Positions 1 through 10,258 of a stretch of 64,000 bases of DNA are shown piece by piece (the first letter of the stretch is position 1; each line of letters starts with the position of its first letter). Source of the DNA: an uncultured Bacteroidota bacterium. Its GTDB lineage: Bacteria > Bacteroidota > Ignavibacteria > Kryptoniales > JAKASW01. The stretch spans positions 113,676-177,675 of the forward strand of contig CAWEES010000002.1 in NCBI GenBank assembly GCA_963808245.1, given 5' to 3'. The notes under the pieces are model-generated. The model ran no database searches. It was not told the origin of the DNA and saw only the letters and a list, made by a program, of their open reading frames with translations. The translations under genes and the position numbers were made by a program.

Positions 1-1010
1 CCCCGAATTCACCCGGTGTTTATAAAGTGTACGGCGCAGAAGATGAAATTATTTATGTAGGGAAAGCGAAGAATTTGAAAATCAGAATTGCATCCTACCT
101 TACGGAAAACGAGAAAGATTCCATTAAAGTCAAAAAGATGCTTAAACTGGCGAAGAGAATCGAGATTGAAACAACCGTTTCCGAGTTGTCCGCGTTCTTA
201 AGGGAGCTTCAACTTATCAGGCAATATCGACCGAAGCTTAATTCGCAGCTTGTCAATCCGAGACGATTTCCATTTATACGACTTTCAACTGAAAATAAAT
301 ACGATAGATTGGATGTGGTCTATGAACTGGATGGAGAGGGACGATATTACGGTCCATTTGAAAATTCGTTTGTTGCCGAACAGGTACTGTTCGCGGCCGA
401 CAAATATTTCAAGCTGGTAAAATGTGAAAAAGATTTTGCAAAACCTTTCGATCCTTGCCTTTATTTTCATATAGAAAGGTGTATGGCTCCTTGCCGCGGC
501 AGTATCAACATTTCTGAAGAATATGAAAGGGAAGTGGAAGCGGTCGAGGAATTCCTTTCCGGATCTTTCGAAAAGCTCACTTTTGAATTGAGATTCAAGC
601 TTGATGAATTGTCAAAAAAACTGGAGTTCGAGGAGGCAATAGAAACAAGAGACCTGCTTGAAGTCCTCGAAAGAACCTCGTCTCGCTTAAAACTTCTTGA
701 GGGACCATTAAGCAAGGCGAATTTTATATGCGGTTGGCTCTATGAAAATCAATATGAAGTTTATGTAGTTCGACGCGGCATTTTAGCGGGGCCGGTGATC
801 ACAAGTGAAGTCGAACTCGAGCCAGGATTGACATTTCTATTCAAAAATGCTTCCCCTCTCACAACTGATTTTGCTCCTTTGCGAATCCTCTTGAATCATG
901 CCTTGAAGAACCCATCAGGTTTTTTCAGGATTGATGCGAAGGGGGAAGAAGCTGAACTTGCAAACAAAATAAAAACCGCTGTCGGCCATACGCCAGCAGC
1001 GGTCTCTTAA
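1..1010 (+). CDS. GIY-YIG nuclease, UvrC N-terminal-half / Cho-like (5' partial, runs off the left edge)
   Basis: The reading frame stays open upstream of the listed GTG to nt 3. It reads PNSPGVYKVYGAEDEIIYVGKAKNLKIRIASYL, a GIY-YIG motif. A UvrC-type Cys cluster (CLYFHIERCMAPC) and a UVR-like helix (ELSKKLEFEEAIETRDLLEVLE) follow. The C-terminal endonuclease/HhH half of UvrC is absent. Confidence 0.7.
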   Translation, partial: PNSPGVYKVYGAEDEIIYVGKAKNLKIRIASYLTENEKDSIKVKKMLKLAKRIEIETTVSELSAFLRELQLIRQYRPKLNSQLVNPRRFPFIRLSTENKYDRLDVVYELDGEGRYYGPFENSFVAEQVLFAADKYFKLVKCEKDFAKPFDPCLYFHIERCMAPCRGSINISEEYEREVEAVEEFLSGSFEKLTFELRFKLDELSKKLEFEEAIETRDLLEVLERTSSRLKLLEGPLSKANFICGWLYENQYEVYVVRRGILAGPVITSEVELEPGLTFLFKNASPLTTDFAPLRILLNHALKNPSGFFRIDAKGEEAELANKIKTAVGHTPAAVS

Positions 1011-1028
1011 TAGAAAATCTTTAAACTC

Positions 1029-1814
1029 TTACAGTTGGCTTAGGTATCCTTTAGCCCGGGTAGCGTATTGGGATTTCGGATATTTAGTAACTAATGTCTC
1101 CCATGTTGACCGCGCATTAGTTTTGTCACCCAATCGAAGATAACTCATTCCAAGCATAACGTATGCCGCTCCCAGCTTATAACTCTTAGGATAAGTGAGG
1201 GTCTTTTGAAATTCCTTCGAAGCATCATCGTACTGCTTGGTGGCATAGTAACATTCGCCAAGCCAGTAATGAGCGTTGCTGATCAGAATATCGTCTACAG
1301 AACTTGCTGCCAAGCCCTGAAGATCCGCAATCGCCTCTTTATATTTCCTCGCTTTGAAAAGTTTCAACGCCTCATCGTAGTTCTTCTTGAAGTCCGCATT
1401 TGAAGTAACCGCAGCTCCCATCCCCGATTTTTCGACATCTGCATTTCTAGCACTCAGATCACGATTGATTTGTTTTTCTACTGTAAGCTCAGAGTCCAAT
1501 GTATTTACGCGGACCTGTAAATCCTGAAAATCCTGCCATTGCTGACTGCTCTGTCCCAGTTTTGAAGTTAAGTCCGCAACTTTAGCGGTCAAAGCTTTCT
1601 TATCTTGATCCAGCTGAGCATTGGTTTTCTTTAATTGTGAATTCTCATCCTGTAATCTCTGGTTGTCAGATTGCAACGAAGCAGTCAAAGAATCAGGCTG
1701 TCCACTAGTCGACTCTGTGGTTTCTGCGGAGGAGCCGCAGCCGCTTAAAGTCAAATTTGTCACAAAAAGGAAAATGACAAAAAGGTAAGATGCCCCATGC
1801 AGTAACGTCTTCAT
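1029..1814 (-). CDS. coiled-coil + TPR lipoprotein, YbgF/CpoB-like
   Basis: Signal peptide with a lipobox (LTLSGC). A Gln/Leu-rich coiled-coil segment is followed by a C-terminal TPR block (YDEALKLFKARKYKEAI...AHYWLGECYY...YPKSQYATRAKGYL) typical of YbgF C-termini. This is the only supported minus-strand gene. Confidence 0.6.
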   Translation of the reverse strand: MKTLLHGASYLFVIFLFVTNLTLSGCGSSAETTESTSGQPDSLTASLQSDNQRLQDENSQLKKTNAQLDQDKKALTAKVADLTSKLGQSSQQWQDFQDLQVRVNTLDSELTVEKQINRDLSARNADVEKSGMGAAVTSNADFKKNYDEALKLFKARKYKEAIADLQGLAASSVDDILISNAHYWLGECYYATKQYDDASKEFQKTLTYPKSYKLGAAYVMLGMSYLRLGDKTNARSTWETLVTKYPKSQYATRAKGYLSQL

Positions 1815-2157
1815 AGATTTTCCTCCTCGATTTTTAGTTTATAAATCGAATGAAAATAGACAAAGGAGACTTAAAAGTCAAGAAAATTAGTCCAATTTTG
1901 ACAATCGGGCGATCATCAGGCACGGGAGATGGATAATTTAGCTGAAAAGTCGATGCAACTGGCAGCTAAAAAAAGTGTGTATTCTTTTCACTGGGGGTCA
2001 AGTTTCGTTCAATAGCTAACAAATAAATCATTGCGATCATCAGAAACTTGTGAGATTTATTTCCATCAAGATAGGATAGGCTACATAACTTACGGATGGT
2101 ATTTCTCGGCGTGTTTAAATAGATTTATTCAATGCGGAACAAAACGGAGCTATACGG

Positions 2158-5100
2158 TTGTTAAGGGCATTAAATTATCAAATCTTTGAGTTTCATATTT
2201 CCAGGAAAGCGCGGAAGCGTTTCAATTTTGAAGAGTCACTTTTTACTCTGTCCGGCGATCTCATCTTTCCGAATTTTCAAGCAGTTCAAACCTTTTCCGC
2301 AATTCTCAATAATGAACGACAAGTAGATACCGATCAAAAATCTCCAACTGGGACTAAACGCAAGACCCCATCCACGGTATCGCCGGGGGACATTAATGCG
2401 ATGGGATTATTCCACGAGGTCCTTCATTTTGTAATCAATTCTTATGTAAATGAAATCAATCCGTCCGCGTTTGCCCATCTGGAAGTTTGGCTTCGAAAAA
2501 ATATTGGGGCCTCAGAATTTGAGAGAAGTGCCAACACATTCGTGGAATTGTTCCCATCTACTCCATTGTATCGGGGAGAGGAATCAGTTGATCATTATCT
2601 CCACAAATCCATTAGCGCCGCTTCAAATCGTCAGGCGGTCTTGATAGAATTAATTTTACTTTGGCTTGAGAATCGTAATCCTTCATTCGCTCCAATTTCA
2701 ACCCTCATCGATGATGGCGAATTAAAGAAAGAATCGAAATATGACGATATCATCACGGATAGCGATAAGTTCTTTGACACTCAACCGAAATTTTCTTCCG
2801 ATAAGCCATCTCTCTTAAAGATGCTTCGTGCTCCGATCGAAGCTCACCCTGACTCAATTACCAATCAGCTTCAGTTTATGGCTAAACATTGGGAGAAGAT
2901 ACTTTCAAAGTCTCCTTATCTTCTCAAACTACTCACTGCGGTTGACATCTTGAAGGAAGAGGGAAAATACTTTTTGATGCTTGCGCAGTCGCAGGCAGAC
3001 AAGAATAAAATACCGGAGGTGCGCCGGGCTTCGTATCTTGGATTTGGCGAAAAGGAACCGCAGGCGGTTCCACAGTTCAGGGGACATGAGTTTGAAAGTG
3101 AAAATTTTAGCCCCGATCTAGGATGGATGCCGAAACTCGTACTGATCGCAAAAAGCACATTTGTCTGGCTCGACCAGCTCAGCAAGAAATATCAACGTTC
3201 GATAACGAGACTCGATCAAATCCCGGATGAGGAACTGGATATCCTTGTGCAACGCGGATTCAGCGGACTTTGGTTGATAGGAATATGGGAAAGAAGTCAC
3301 GCGTCGCAGAGGATAAAGCACCTAAACGGAAATACCGACGCGATTGCATCGGCTTATTCGTTGAATTCTTATAATATTTCTCAGGAGCTCGGCGGCGATG
3401 AGGCCTTTTTCAATCTCAGAGACCGCGCGATGAGTCGCGGAATTCGGTTGGCAAGCGATATGGTACCGAACCATATGGGAATCGACTCGGATTGGGTGAT
3501 AAGTCATCCGGATTGGTTTTTGAGTTCCGATTATCCTCCGTTTCCAAATTACAAGTTCAACGGTCCGGATTTAAGCATGGATGATCGAGTGGGAATATTT
3601 ATTGAAGATGGATATTGGACAAAACAGGATGCCGCGGTTGTATTCAAGCGACTTGACAGGTGGACAGGTACCGTAAGGTATATTTATCACGGTAATGACG
3701 GCACGCATATGCCTTGGAACGATACGGCCCAGTTGGATTTTACTAAACCGGACGTCAGAGAAGCGGTGATCCAGACTATATTAAATGTCGCCAGAAAATT
3801 TTCCATAATCCGTTTTGACGCAGCAATGGTCCTTGCAAAGAAACACATCGAGCGGCTCTGGTTCCCTGAACCAGGAACGGGAGGGGCGATTCCTTCACGT
3901 TCAAATTATTCGATGTCGAAAGAACAATTCGAAGCTGTTATACCGAATGAGTTTTGGAGAGAAGTTGTCGACCGGATACAAAGGGAAGTCCCCGACACTC
4001 TGCTATTGGCTGAAGCTTTCTGGTTGATGGAAGGATACTTTGTGAGGACACTCGGCATGCACCGCGTTTACAATAGCGCGTTCATGAACATGTTTAAGAG
4101 AGAGGAGAATGCAAATTACCGTCAGGTTATAAAAAATATACTTGAGTATAATCCGCAAATACTCAAGCGTTTTGTAAACTTTGTAAATAATCCCGATGAA
4201 GAAACCGCCATTGCACAGTTCGGAAAAGATGATAAGTACTTCGGTGTGTGCATAATGATGGCAACGATGCCCGGGCTTCCGATGTTCGGTCACGGTCAGG
4301 TGGAGGGACTTACCGAAAAATATGGTATGGAATACAAACGTGCTTACCGGGATGAACGTCCGGATGAAAATCTTGTAGCACGCCACCAGCGGGAAATCTT
4401 TCCCTTGTTAAAGAAGAGACAGCTGTTCAGCGAAATGGATAACTTCCTTTTGTATGACCTATCCACTGGAGAAGGAACGGTAAATGAAGACGTTTTTGCT
4501 TACAGCAATCGGGTCGGAGAGGAACGGACTCTTGTTGTTTTTAACAATCGTTACTCACATACATCGGGTTGGATAAAAAATTCAGTCGGTTTTCGGGATA
4601 CCAAAGGGAGAATTACACAAAAATCACTTTACGATGGGCTTATGCTCGATGACCGGAAAGAGAATTATTGTATCTTCGAAGATGCGATCACACATCTTGA
4701 ATATGTAAGACCTGTAAAGTCATTGATGAAAGAAGGACTTTATGTCGAACTCGGCGCCTATAAATACAATGTATTTATGAATTTTCGCGAAGTACAATCG
4801 TCAGATGAAATGCCGTACGGTGAGTTATGCAAAACATTGAACGGGGCTGGAGTCCATTCGGTTGAAGATGTCCTTCAAGATTACAAGCTCCGAAATATAC
4901 ATTCTGCATTTTATGAGGCGATGAACGCCGGAAGTTTGAAATATCTAATTGGTGGCTCCGGAAACGAAAAGGCGTTGAAAGAGAGAGAAAAAGTTTTCAA
5001 GGAAAAAGTTGAGGCTCTTATTTCGGCTGCTTCCGATTATGAAACGGTGCATCGAAATGTTGAAGAAAATTCAAGCGACGTGTCAAAAGAGTTCAACGCC

Positions 5101-5697
5101 CTGTTATTATTACCAGAAATTCTTGAAAAGTTTAAGTCAAGAAACTTGAGGGCAAAAGTTCTACCTCCTTCAGGCAACGATGGCTTGTACGGTTGGCGAG
5201 CGCTATTTCTTTGGGTCGTACTGGATGCGGCAAAACGATTCCTCATCGAAGAAAAGAAAAGCATCCATCTTATTAAAGAGTGGCGCTTGGCCCCGCAAGT
5301 TGCTTCCTCTTTTCGCGAACTAGGTCTGGAAGATGGCATTTCAAATTACGAATCGACGATAGTCGAGGAAATGCTGGAGGACATCGGTGATGGAGAGAAT
5401 CTAAATATCAGGGAGATAGTTGTCGATGCCTCGAAGAGAGAGTCTTCGCGGGCATTACTTGGCGTGAATATTTACGAGAATGTCCTATGGTTCAATAAAG
5501 AGCGCTTCACGGAGTTTCTTGACTACTTGACCCTGGCGGTCATGGTGAAGCAGTTGGCCCAAATAGGGAAGAAGAAAACGGAAGAAACAAAGATTGCTTT
5601 GAAAAAAATAGTGGTTGATTCGTCGAAGATCGAGAAACTTGCATCGAGAACGAATTACAAACTTGAGGAATTTGTGAAGGAACTTCTCCTCATCTGA
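2158..5697 (+). CDS. very large alpha-amylase-family (GH13-like) glycoside hydrolase
   Basis: GH13 conserved regions are visible: region I DMVPNH, region II IIRFDAAM, region III LLLAEAFW, region IV FVNNPDEE. The preceding DFTKPDVREAV segment is also typical. About 330 aa N-terminal and about 400 aa C-terminal have no motif I recognise. The TTG start is uncertain. Confidence 0.75.
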   Translation: MLRALNYQIFEFHISRKARKRFNFEESLFTLSGDLIFPNFQAVQTFSAILNNERQVDTDQKSPTGTKRKTPSTVSPGDINAMGLFHEVLHFVINSYVNEINPSAFAHLEVWLRKNIGASEFERSANTFVELFPSTPLYRGEESVDHYLHKSISAASNRQAVLIELILLWLENRNPSFAPISTLIDDGELKKESKYDDIITDSDKFFDTQPKFSSDKPSLLKMLRAPIEAHPDSITNQLQFMAKHWEKILSKSPYLLKLLTAVDILKEEGKYFLMLAQSQADKNKIPEVRRASYLGFGEKEPQAVPQFRGHEFESENFSPDLGWMPKLVLIAKSTFVWLDQLSKKYQRSITRLDQIPDEELDILVQRGFSGLWLIGIWERSHASQRIKHLNGNTDAIASAYSLNSYNISQELGGDEAFFNLRDRAMSRGIRLASDMVPNHMGIDSDWVISHPDWFLSSDYPPFPNYKFNGPDLSMDDRVGIFIEDGYWTKQDAAVVFKRLDRWTGTVRYIYHGNDGTHMPWNDTAQLDFTKPDVREAVIQTILNVARKFSIIRFDAAMVLAKKHIERLWFPEPGTGGAIPSRSNYSMSKEQFEAVIPNEFWREVVDRIQREVPDTLLLAEAFWLMEGYFVRTLGMHRVYNSAFMNMFKREENANYRQVIKNILEYNPQILKRFVNFVNNPDEETAIAQFGKDDKYFGVCIMMATMPGLPMFGHGQVEGLTEKYGMEYKRAYRDERPDENLVARHQREIFPLLKKRQLFSEMDNFLLYDLSTGEGTVNEDVFAYSNRVGEERTLVVFNNRYSHTSGWIKNSVGFRDTKGRITQKSLYDGLMLDDRKENYCIFEDAITHLEYVRPVKSLMKEGLYVELGAYKYNVFMNFREVQSSDEMPYGELCKTLNGAGVHSVEDVLQDYKLRNIHSAFYEAMNAGSLKYLIGGSGNEKALKEREKVFKEKVEALISAASDYETVHRNVEENSSDVSKEFNALLLLPEILEKFKSRNLRAKVLPPSGNDGLYGWRALFLWVVLDAAKRFLIEEKKSIHLIKEWRLAPQVASSFRELGLEDGISNYESTIVEEMLEDIGDGENLNIREIVVDASKRESSRALLGVNIYENVLWFNKERFTEFLDYLTLAVMVKQLAQIGKKKTEETKIALKKIVVDSSKIEKLASRTNYKLEEFVKELLLI

Positions 5698-5870
5698 GCG
5701 TCGGCGACGAAATCAAACCTGAAATGGATTGATAATCTGACCGCAACATTTCCCAGGGAAACTCTTCTTGTTTTTTCCCCGCAAAAGTGAAAACTTATCT
5801 TTCATGCAGTTAATGACATGCATTGCAGCGCCGCTTAATTGATACATACTGTTAACGAGGAGAATTTCGA

Positions 5871-7652
5871 ATGAAGCTTACTTACGTGGACTGGACTGTA
5901 ATAGCTCTCTACTTTGCATTTAACCTGGCCGTTGGACTTTACTATCGAAAGCGAGCCACTCAAAGTGTAAGCGACTTCTTCTTATCAGGTAGAAAGGTTA
6001 CATGGTGGCTTGCGGGGACTTCGATGGTTGCAACCACGTTTGCGGCCGATACTCCGCTTGCTGTTACCGGACTGGTTGCTCGAAATGGCATCGCCGGAAA
6101 CTGGATATGGTGGAGCATGTTGTTCAGCGGTATGTTGACGGTTTTCTTTTATGCCCGGCTTTGGAGAAGAGCAGGAGTCCTTACAGATGTCGAGTTTGCG
6201 GAAATAAGATACGGCGGGAAGCCTGCTAGTTTTCTGCGCGGATTCAGAGCCTTGTACCTCGGTTTGCCGGTTAATTTAATTATCATGGGATGGGTTAATC
6301 TTGCAATAGTAAAAATTATGATGCTTACCCTCGGAGTTTCCAAAGTGGAAGCTCTCGCCATCGCAATCCTCATTATGTTCATTACGGCATCAATCTCCAC
6401 ACTATCTGGATTATGGGGAGTTCTCGTGACAGATCTTTTTCAATTTGTCTTAAAGATGGGGATGGTAATCGTATTGGCGATATTTGCCGTACAGGCAACC
6501 GGCGGAATGAGCGGTTTAATTACCGGATTGCATCAAATCGATCAGACGCGACAAGCAACAGGATCGATCTTATCTTTTGTTCCTGATTTACGTTCGACCT
6601 GGATGCCGTTGACAACTTTTTTTGTTTACATTGCCGTTAATTGGTGGGCATCATGGTACCCGGGCGCAGAACCAGGTGGCGGGGGGTACATTGCACAGAG
6701 AATCTTTTCAGCTAAAGATGAGAAGAACTCGTTGTTGGCTACGCTTTGGTTCAATATCGCCCATTACGCCCTCCGTCCCTGGCCATGGATTATTGTGGCA
6801 TTAGTTGCGGTGGTAAGATTGCAGCACGATCCCGGTTTTATCGGTGATCCTGAGTCCGGTTACATTAGAATTCTCGTGTCCGATTTGCCCGCCTCGCTGC
6901 GCGGATTAATGCTTGCGGCTTTTGCCGCGGCTTACATGTCAACAATTGGAACGCAATTGAACTGGGGAGCGAGTTATGTGGTAAATGATTTTTACAGGCG
7001 CTTCTGGATTAAGAATAAAAACGAGAAACATTATGTAAATGCGTCTCAAGTAGCAACTATAGTTTTGATGCTGCTGTCTGCAATTGTGACTTTTTACATG
7101 AATTCAATTTCGAATGCCTGGAAATTCCTCATTGCCCTCGGGGCAGGAACAGGATTGGTTTATATCCTGCGGTGGTTTTGGTGGAGAATAAATGCATGGA
7201 GTGAAGTATCGTCAATGGCCGCCGCGCTCATAACTTCACTCACGCTCCAATATTATTTTCATCTCAGCGATGCCGAACCGAAGGACTTTGCCTATCTGGT
7301 GATGATCACGGTATTGGTGACAACGATTATCTGGCTCGTTGTTACTTACATTACCGGCCCTGAAAAAAGAGAGATTCTCGCGGCATTTTATCGACGGGTT
7401 CATCCGAGTGCGAAGCTTTGGGGACCGATTGCAAAGGAAGTAACTGACGTTAATCCCGATACCGATGGAATTTTCAATTTGGTAGATTGGTTAAGTGGAG
7501 TAGCCATGATCTACTCGCTCCTTTTCGGAACAGGAAACATAATTTTCGGCAACACTTTAACTGGAGCAATAATGATTTTTGTGGGTTTGATATTCGGATC
7601 GATAATTTTTGTAGATCTAAATAAACGTGGATGGGCGACATTAAGCAAATAA
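5871..7652 (+). CDS. sodium:solute symporter family transporter
   Basis: 593-aa polytopic membrane protein with an SSF-like N-terminus (FFLSGRKVTWWLAGTSMVATTFAADTPL) and many hydrophobic helices. An SD-like GAGGAG lies upstream of the ATG. Confidence 0.7.
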   Translation: MKLTYVDWTVIALYFAFNLAVGLYYRKRATQSVSDFFLSGRKVTWWLAGTSMVATTFAADTPLAVTGLVARNGIAGNWIWWSMLFSGMLTVFFYARLWRRAGVLTDVEFAEIRYGGKPASFLRGFRALYLGLPVNLIIMGWVNLAIVKIMMLTLGVSKVEALAIAILIMFITASISTLSGLWGVLVTDLFQFVLKMGMVIVLAIFAVQATGGMSGLITGLHQIDQTRQATGSILSFVPDLRSTWMPLTTFFVYIAVNWWASWYPGAEPGGGGYIAQRIFSAKDEKNSLLATLWFNIAHYALRPWPWIIVALVAVVRLQHDPGFIGDPESGYIRILVSDLPASLRGLMLAAFAAAYMSTIGTQLNWGASYVVNDFYRRFWIKNKNEKHYVNASQVATIVLMLLSAIVTFYMNSISNAWKFLIALGAGTGLVYILRWFWWRINAWSEVSSMAAALITSLTLQYYFHLSDAEPKDFAYLVMITVLVTTIIWLVVTYITGPEKREILAAFYRRVHPSAKLWGPIAKEVTDVNPDTDGIFNLVDWLSGVAMIYSLLFGTGNIIFGNTLTGAIMIFVGLIFGSIIFVDLNKRGWATLSK

Positions 7653-7692
7653 AATATTTTCGGCATAGTCAGAGAGCTATTGGCTTATCCTA

Positions 7693-8343
7693 ATGTCGAT
7701 TGAAGAACATATAATAAAATTAAGGCGCGAATATTCCGGGAAATCGCTCGATGAATCGGGGGTAAACCCGGATCCGTTTAAACAATTTGAAGAATGGTTT
7801 GAGGACGCGGTTAAAGCAGAGATTTCTGATCCGCACGCCATGATAATCGCGACCGTTTCACAGAATGGAAAGCCTTCCGCCAGGGTTGTTCTTCTTCGAG
7901 GCTTTGAAAGAAACGGACTCGTCTTCTATACCAATTATCAAAGCCATAAGGGAACCGATGTTGTCGGAAACCCAAATGTCGCCGCAGTATTTTATTGGAA
8001 CCAATTGGATAGACAGGTACGGATCGAGGGGACCGTCGAGAAAGTTAGTCCGGAGGAGTCCGATAATTATTTTCATTCCAGACCGCGGGAAAGTCAGATC
8101 GCGGCGTGGGCATCGAATCAAAGTGAAGTAATTCACAGCCGGTCGGAATTAGATAAACTCTACAATGAATATGAAATTAGGTTTGTAAATGGATTCGTGC
8201 CCCGACCGGATAAATGGGGAGGATTCAGGATAATTCCTGCCAGTTATGAATTCTGGCAGGGAAGGCCGAGTCGAATGCACGACAGGATTCTTTATAAACT
8301 TGGCGCCACCGGCAAGTGGGAAATAAGCAGGCTTGCTCCTTAA
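7693..8343 (+). CDS. pdxH: pyridoxamine 5'-phosphate oxidase
   Basis: Collinear with the classic PdxH sequence: LRREY..., RVVLLRGFERNGLVFYTNYQSHKG, YFHSRPRESQIAAWAS, WGGFRIIPASYEFWQGRPSRMHDRILY, ISRLAP at the C-terminus. Confidence 0.9.
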   Translation: MSIEEHIIKLRREYSGKSLDESGVNPDPFKQFEEWFEDAVKAEISDPHAMIIATVSQNGKPSARVVLLRGFERNGLVFYTNYQSHKGTDVVGNPNVAAVFYWNQLDRQVRIEGTVEKVSPEESDNYFHSRPRESQIAAWASNQSEVIHSRSELDKLYNEYEIRFVNGFVPRPDKWGGFRIIPASYEFWQGRPSRMHDRILYKLGATGKWEISRLAP

Positions 8344-8454
8344 GAACTCCTTCATTCTTAATGTCGAATTAATTTATTCTAAAATCTGTTTACGATATTT
8401 TACACAATAAAGCGAGTGAATTTGTCCTTTTTTTTCTCCAATTTAATTTAAAGT

Positions 8455-9717
8455 GTGGCTACCAAACTAATCATCATAGCGATATTACTTATCGTAGCAT
8501 TCATATTGTCTGCCGGCGAGGTTGCGCTGTATTCATTGACAAGCTCCAAGGAATCTCTGGAGGGCGGAATCTTTTCCCGCCTGTTTAAGTCTCCACAGCT
8601 TTTGCTATCGACTATTTTAGTTTCAAATGCTGCAGCAGTTTTTTTGTTTTCGCTAACGGGAGCTTCTGTAGCGATTGATGTTGCAAACCGATTTTCCTTC
8701 AGTAAAGCAATTGCCCTTTCGGCTGAAGTTGTGATATTTTCAGGATTGCTGATTCTGTTTGCTGACTCGGTTCCAAAAATTGTTGCATCTCGTAACCCAG
8801 GATTTGTTGCGCGAGCAATTATGCCGCTGCTTGTAGTCCTTCTATTGATAGAAAGTCCTATCGTTCTTCCTCTGAATTCTTTTCTTTCCAGGATAAACCG
8901 GAGACGCAAGAAAGCATCTTTAAAAATAGATAACGAAGGGCTGAAGACTCTTTCAGAGTTAGCCACAACTGCGGGAGTAATGGAGGAGAATGAGGCGCAG
9001 CTATTAAAGAAAATATCGGTCCTTGGAGAAAAAACTGTTCGTAATGCGATGACCCCGCGTGCGGAAATTACCAGTATATCCGATGAAAGCGGGTTTGCCG
9101 AGGTTCTTGAAATATTAAAACGTTGTGAGCATTCCCGGCTGCCGGTTTATTCGGGAGCTTCTGAAAATGTTGTGGGTATGCTTTATGCCCGGGATTTTCT
9201 TCGCGTTTTCAGAAGGAAAGTTGCTCGCAAAAGATTTCAAGTGAGTGCACTCATGCGTAAACCGGTTTTTGTGCCGGAGACTCAATCGCTTGAAAGGCTT
9301 ATCGAGACTTTTAAAGAAAATACGGTACATATCGCTGTTGCCGTTGACGAATTCGGTGGACTGGCAGGTATTATTACTCTTTCAGATGTCGTGCGGGAAA
9401 TTTTTGGTTCAAGTGCCGAAGAGCCAAGGCAAAGTCAACGAATAGCCAGGCTTTCCGATTCAACTTTCTCAATTAAAGGAAATGCACGCCTGGATGAAAT
9501 CGCAACTGAAGTAGAGGGCTTCGACGCTGGAGAGAAAACGACTGAAACAATTTCTTCATTACTGACAGCGATTCATGGATACGTACCAAGACTTGGGAAC
9601 AGAACCAAATTAGGCAATTTTGAAATCGAGGTCAAGCAAGCAACTCCAAAAACAATTTTGCAAGTTAGGCTTCGTCGATTAAATTCATTGCCAGTCAATG
9701 ACGATGAACAAGACTAA
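8455..9717 (+). CDS. CNNM / HlyC-CorC family membrane protein (DUF21 + CBS pair + CorC_HlyC), GldE-like
   Basis: N-terminal 4-TM DUF21-like region. CBS-pair region (VRNAMTPRAEI...HSRLPVY...HIAVAVDEFGGLAGIITLSDV). C-terminal CorC/HlyC transporter-associated domain. GTG start. Confidence 0.75.
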   Translation: MATKLIIIAILLIVAFILSAGEVALYSLTSSKESLEGGIFSRLFKSPQLLLSTILVSNAAAVFLFSLTGASVAIDVANRFSFSKAIALSAEVVIFSGLLILFADSVPKIVASRNPGFVARAIMPLLVVLLLIESPIVLPLNSFLSRINRRRKKASLKIDNEGLKTLSELATTAGVMEENEAQLLKKISVLGEKTVRNAMTPRAEITSISDESGFAEVLEILKRCEHSRLPVYSGASENVVGMLYARDFLRVFRRKVARKRFQVSALMRKPVFVPETQSLERLIETFKENTVHIAVAVDEFGGLAGIITLSDVVREIFGSSAEEPRQSQRIARLSDSTFSIKGNARLDEIATEVEGFDAGEKTTETISSLLTAIHGYVPRLGNRTKLGNFEIEVKQATPKTILQVRLRRLNSLPVNDDEQD

Positions 9718-10258
9718 GAACATTATTTTCCTATCAGGATTCATGGGAAGCGGAAAAAGTACAATTGGACCGCGTTTGGCGAAGAAACTCGGTTACGATT
9801 TCGTCGATATCGACGACGTCATCGAAAAGAGAAATGGGATTTCGATCGCATCGATTTTCACAAAACATGGCGAGAGACATTTTCGAAACATGGAGAAACA
9901 AATCCTGGATGAAATCTTGTCAGGCAAGGAGAGAATTGTCGTTGCTCTTGGGGGAGGGACTTTGACACGCAAAGAAAGCAGAGAGCTGATAAAAAAGGGC
10001 GGAGTTCTTATTTACCTAAAAACCGATCCCGATGTTATCCTTGATCGAGTCGGGCGCGGAAAGACTGATCGACCTATGCTTTTGGCGCCGGACGGAAGTA
10101 GATTGTCCGGCAGGGAACTTTCGATTAAGATTCGATCTCTTTTAACAGAGAGAGAGGGACATTATCTTGAAGCGGGCATAGTAATCGATACTTCGCTAAA
10201 GGGCGTTAGCGGAGTGGTAGAGGAAATCACTTCGAAACTAGGAGGCGAAATTCTATGA
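9698..10258 (+). CDS. aroK: shikimate kinase
   Basis: Walker A GFMGSGKSTIG followed by LGYDFVDID and FRNMEKQIL...VVALGGG. Overlaps the upstream gene end. An alternative ATG at 9704 is possible. Confidence 0.85.
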   Translation: MTMNKTKNIIFLSGFMGSGKSTIGPRLAKKLGYDFVDIDDVIEKRNGISIASIFTKHGERHFRNMEKQILDEILSGKERIVVALGGGTLTRKESRELIKKGGVLIYLKTDPDVILDRVGRGKTDRPMLLAPDGSRLSGRELSIKIRSLLTEREGHYLEAGIVIDTSLKGVSGVVEEITSKLGGEIL

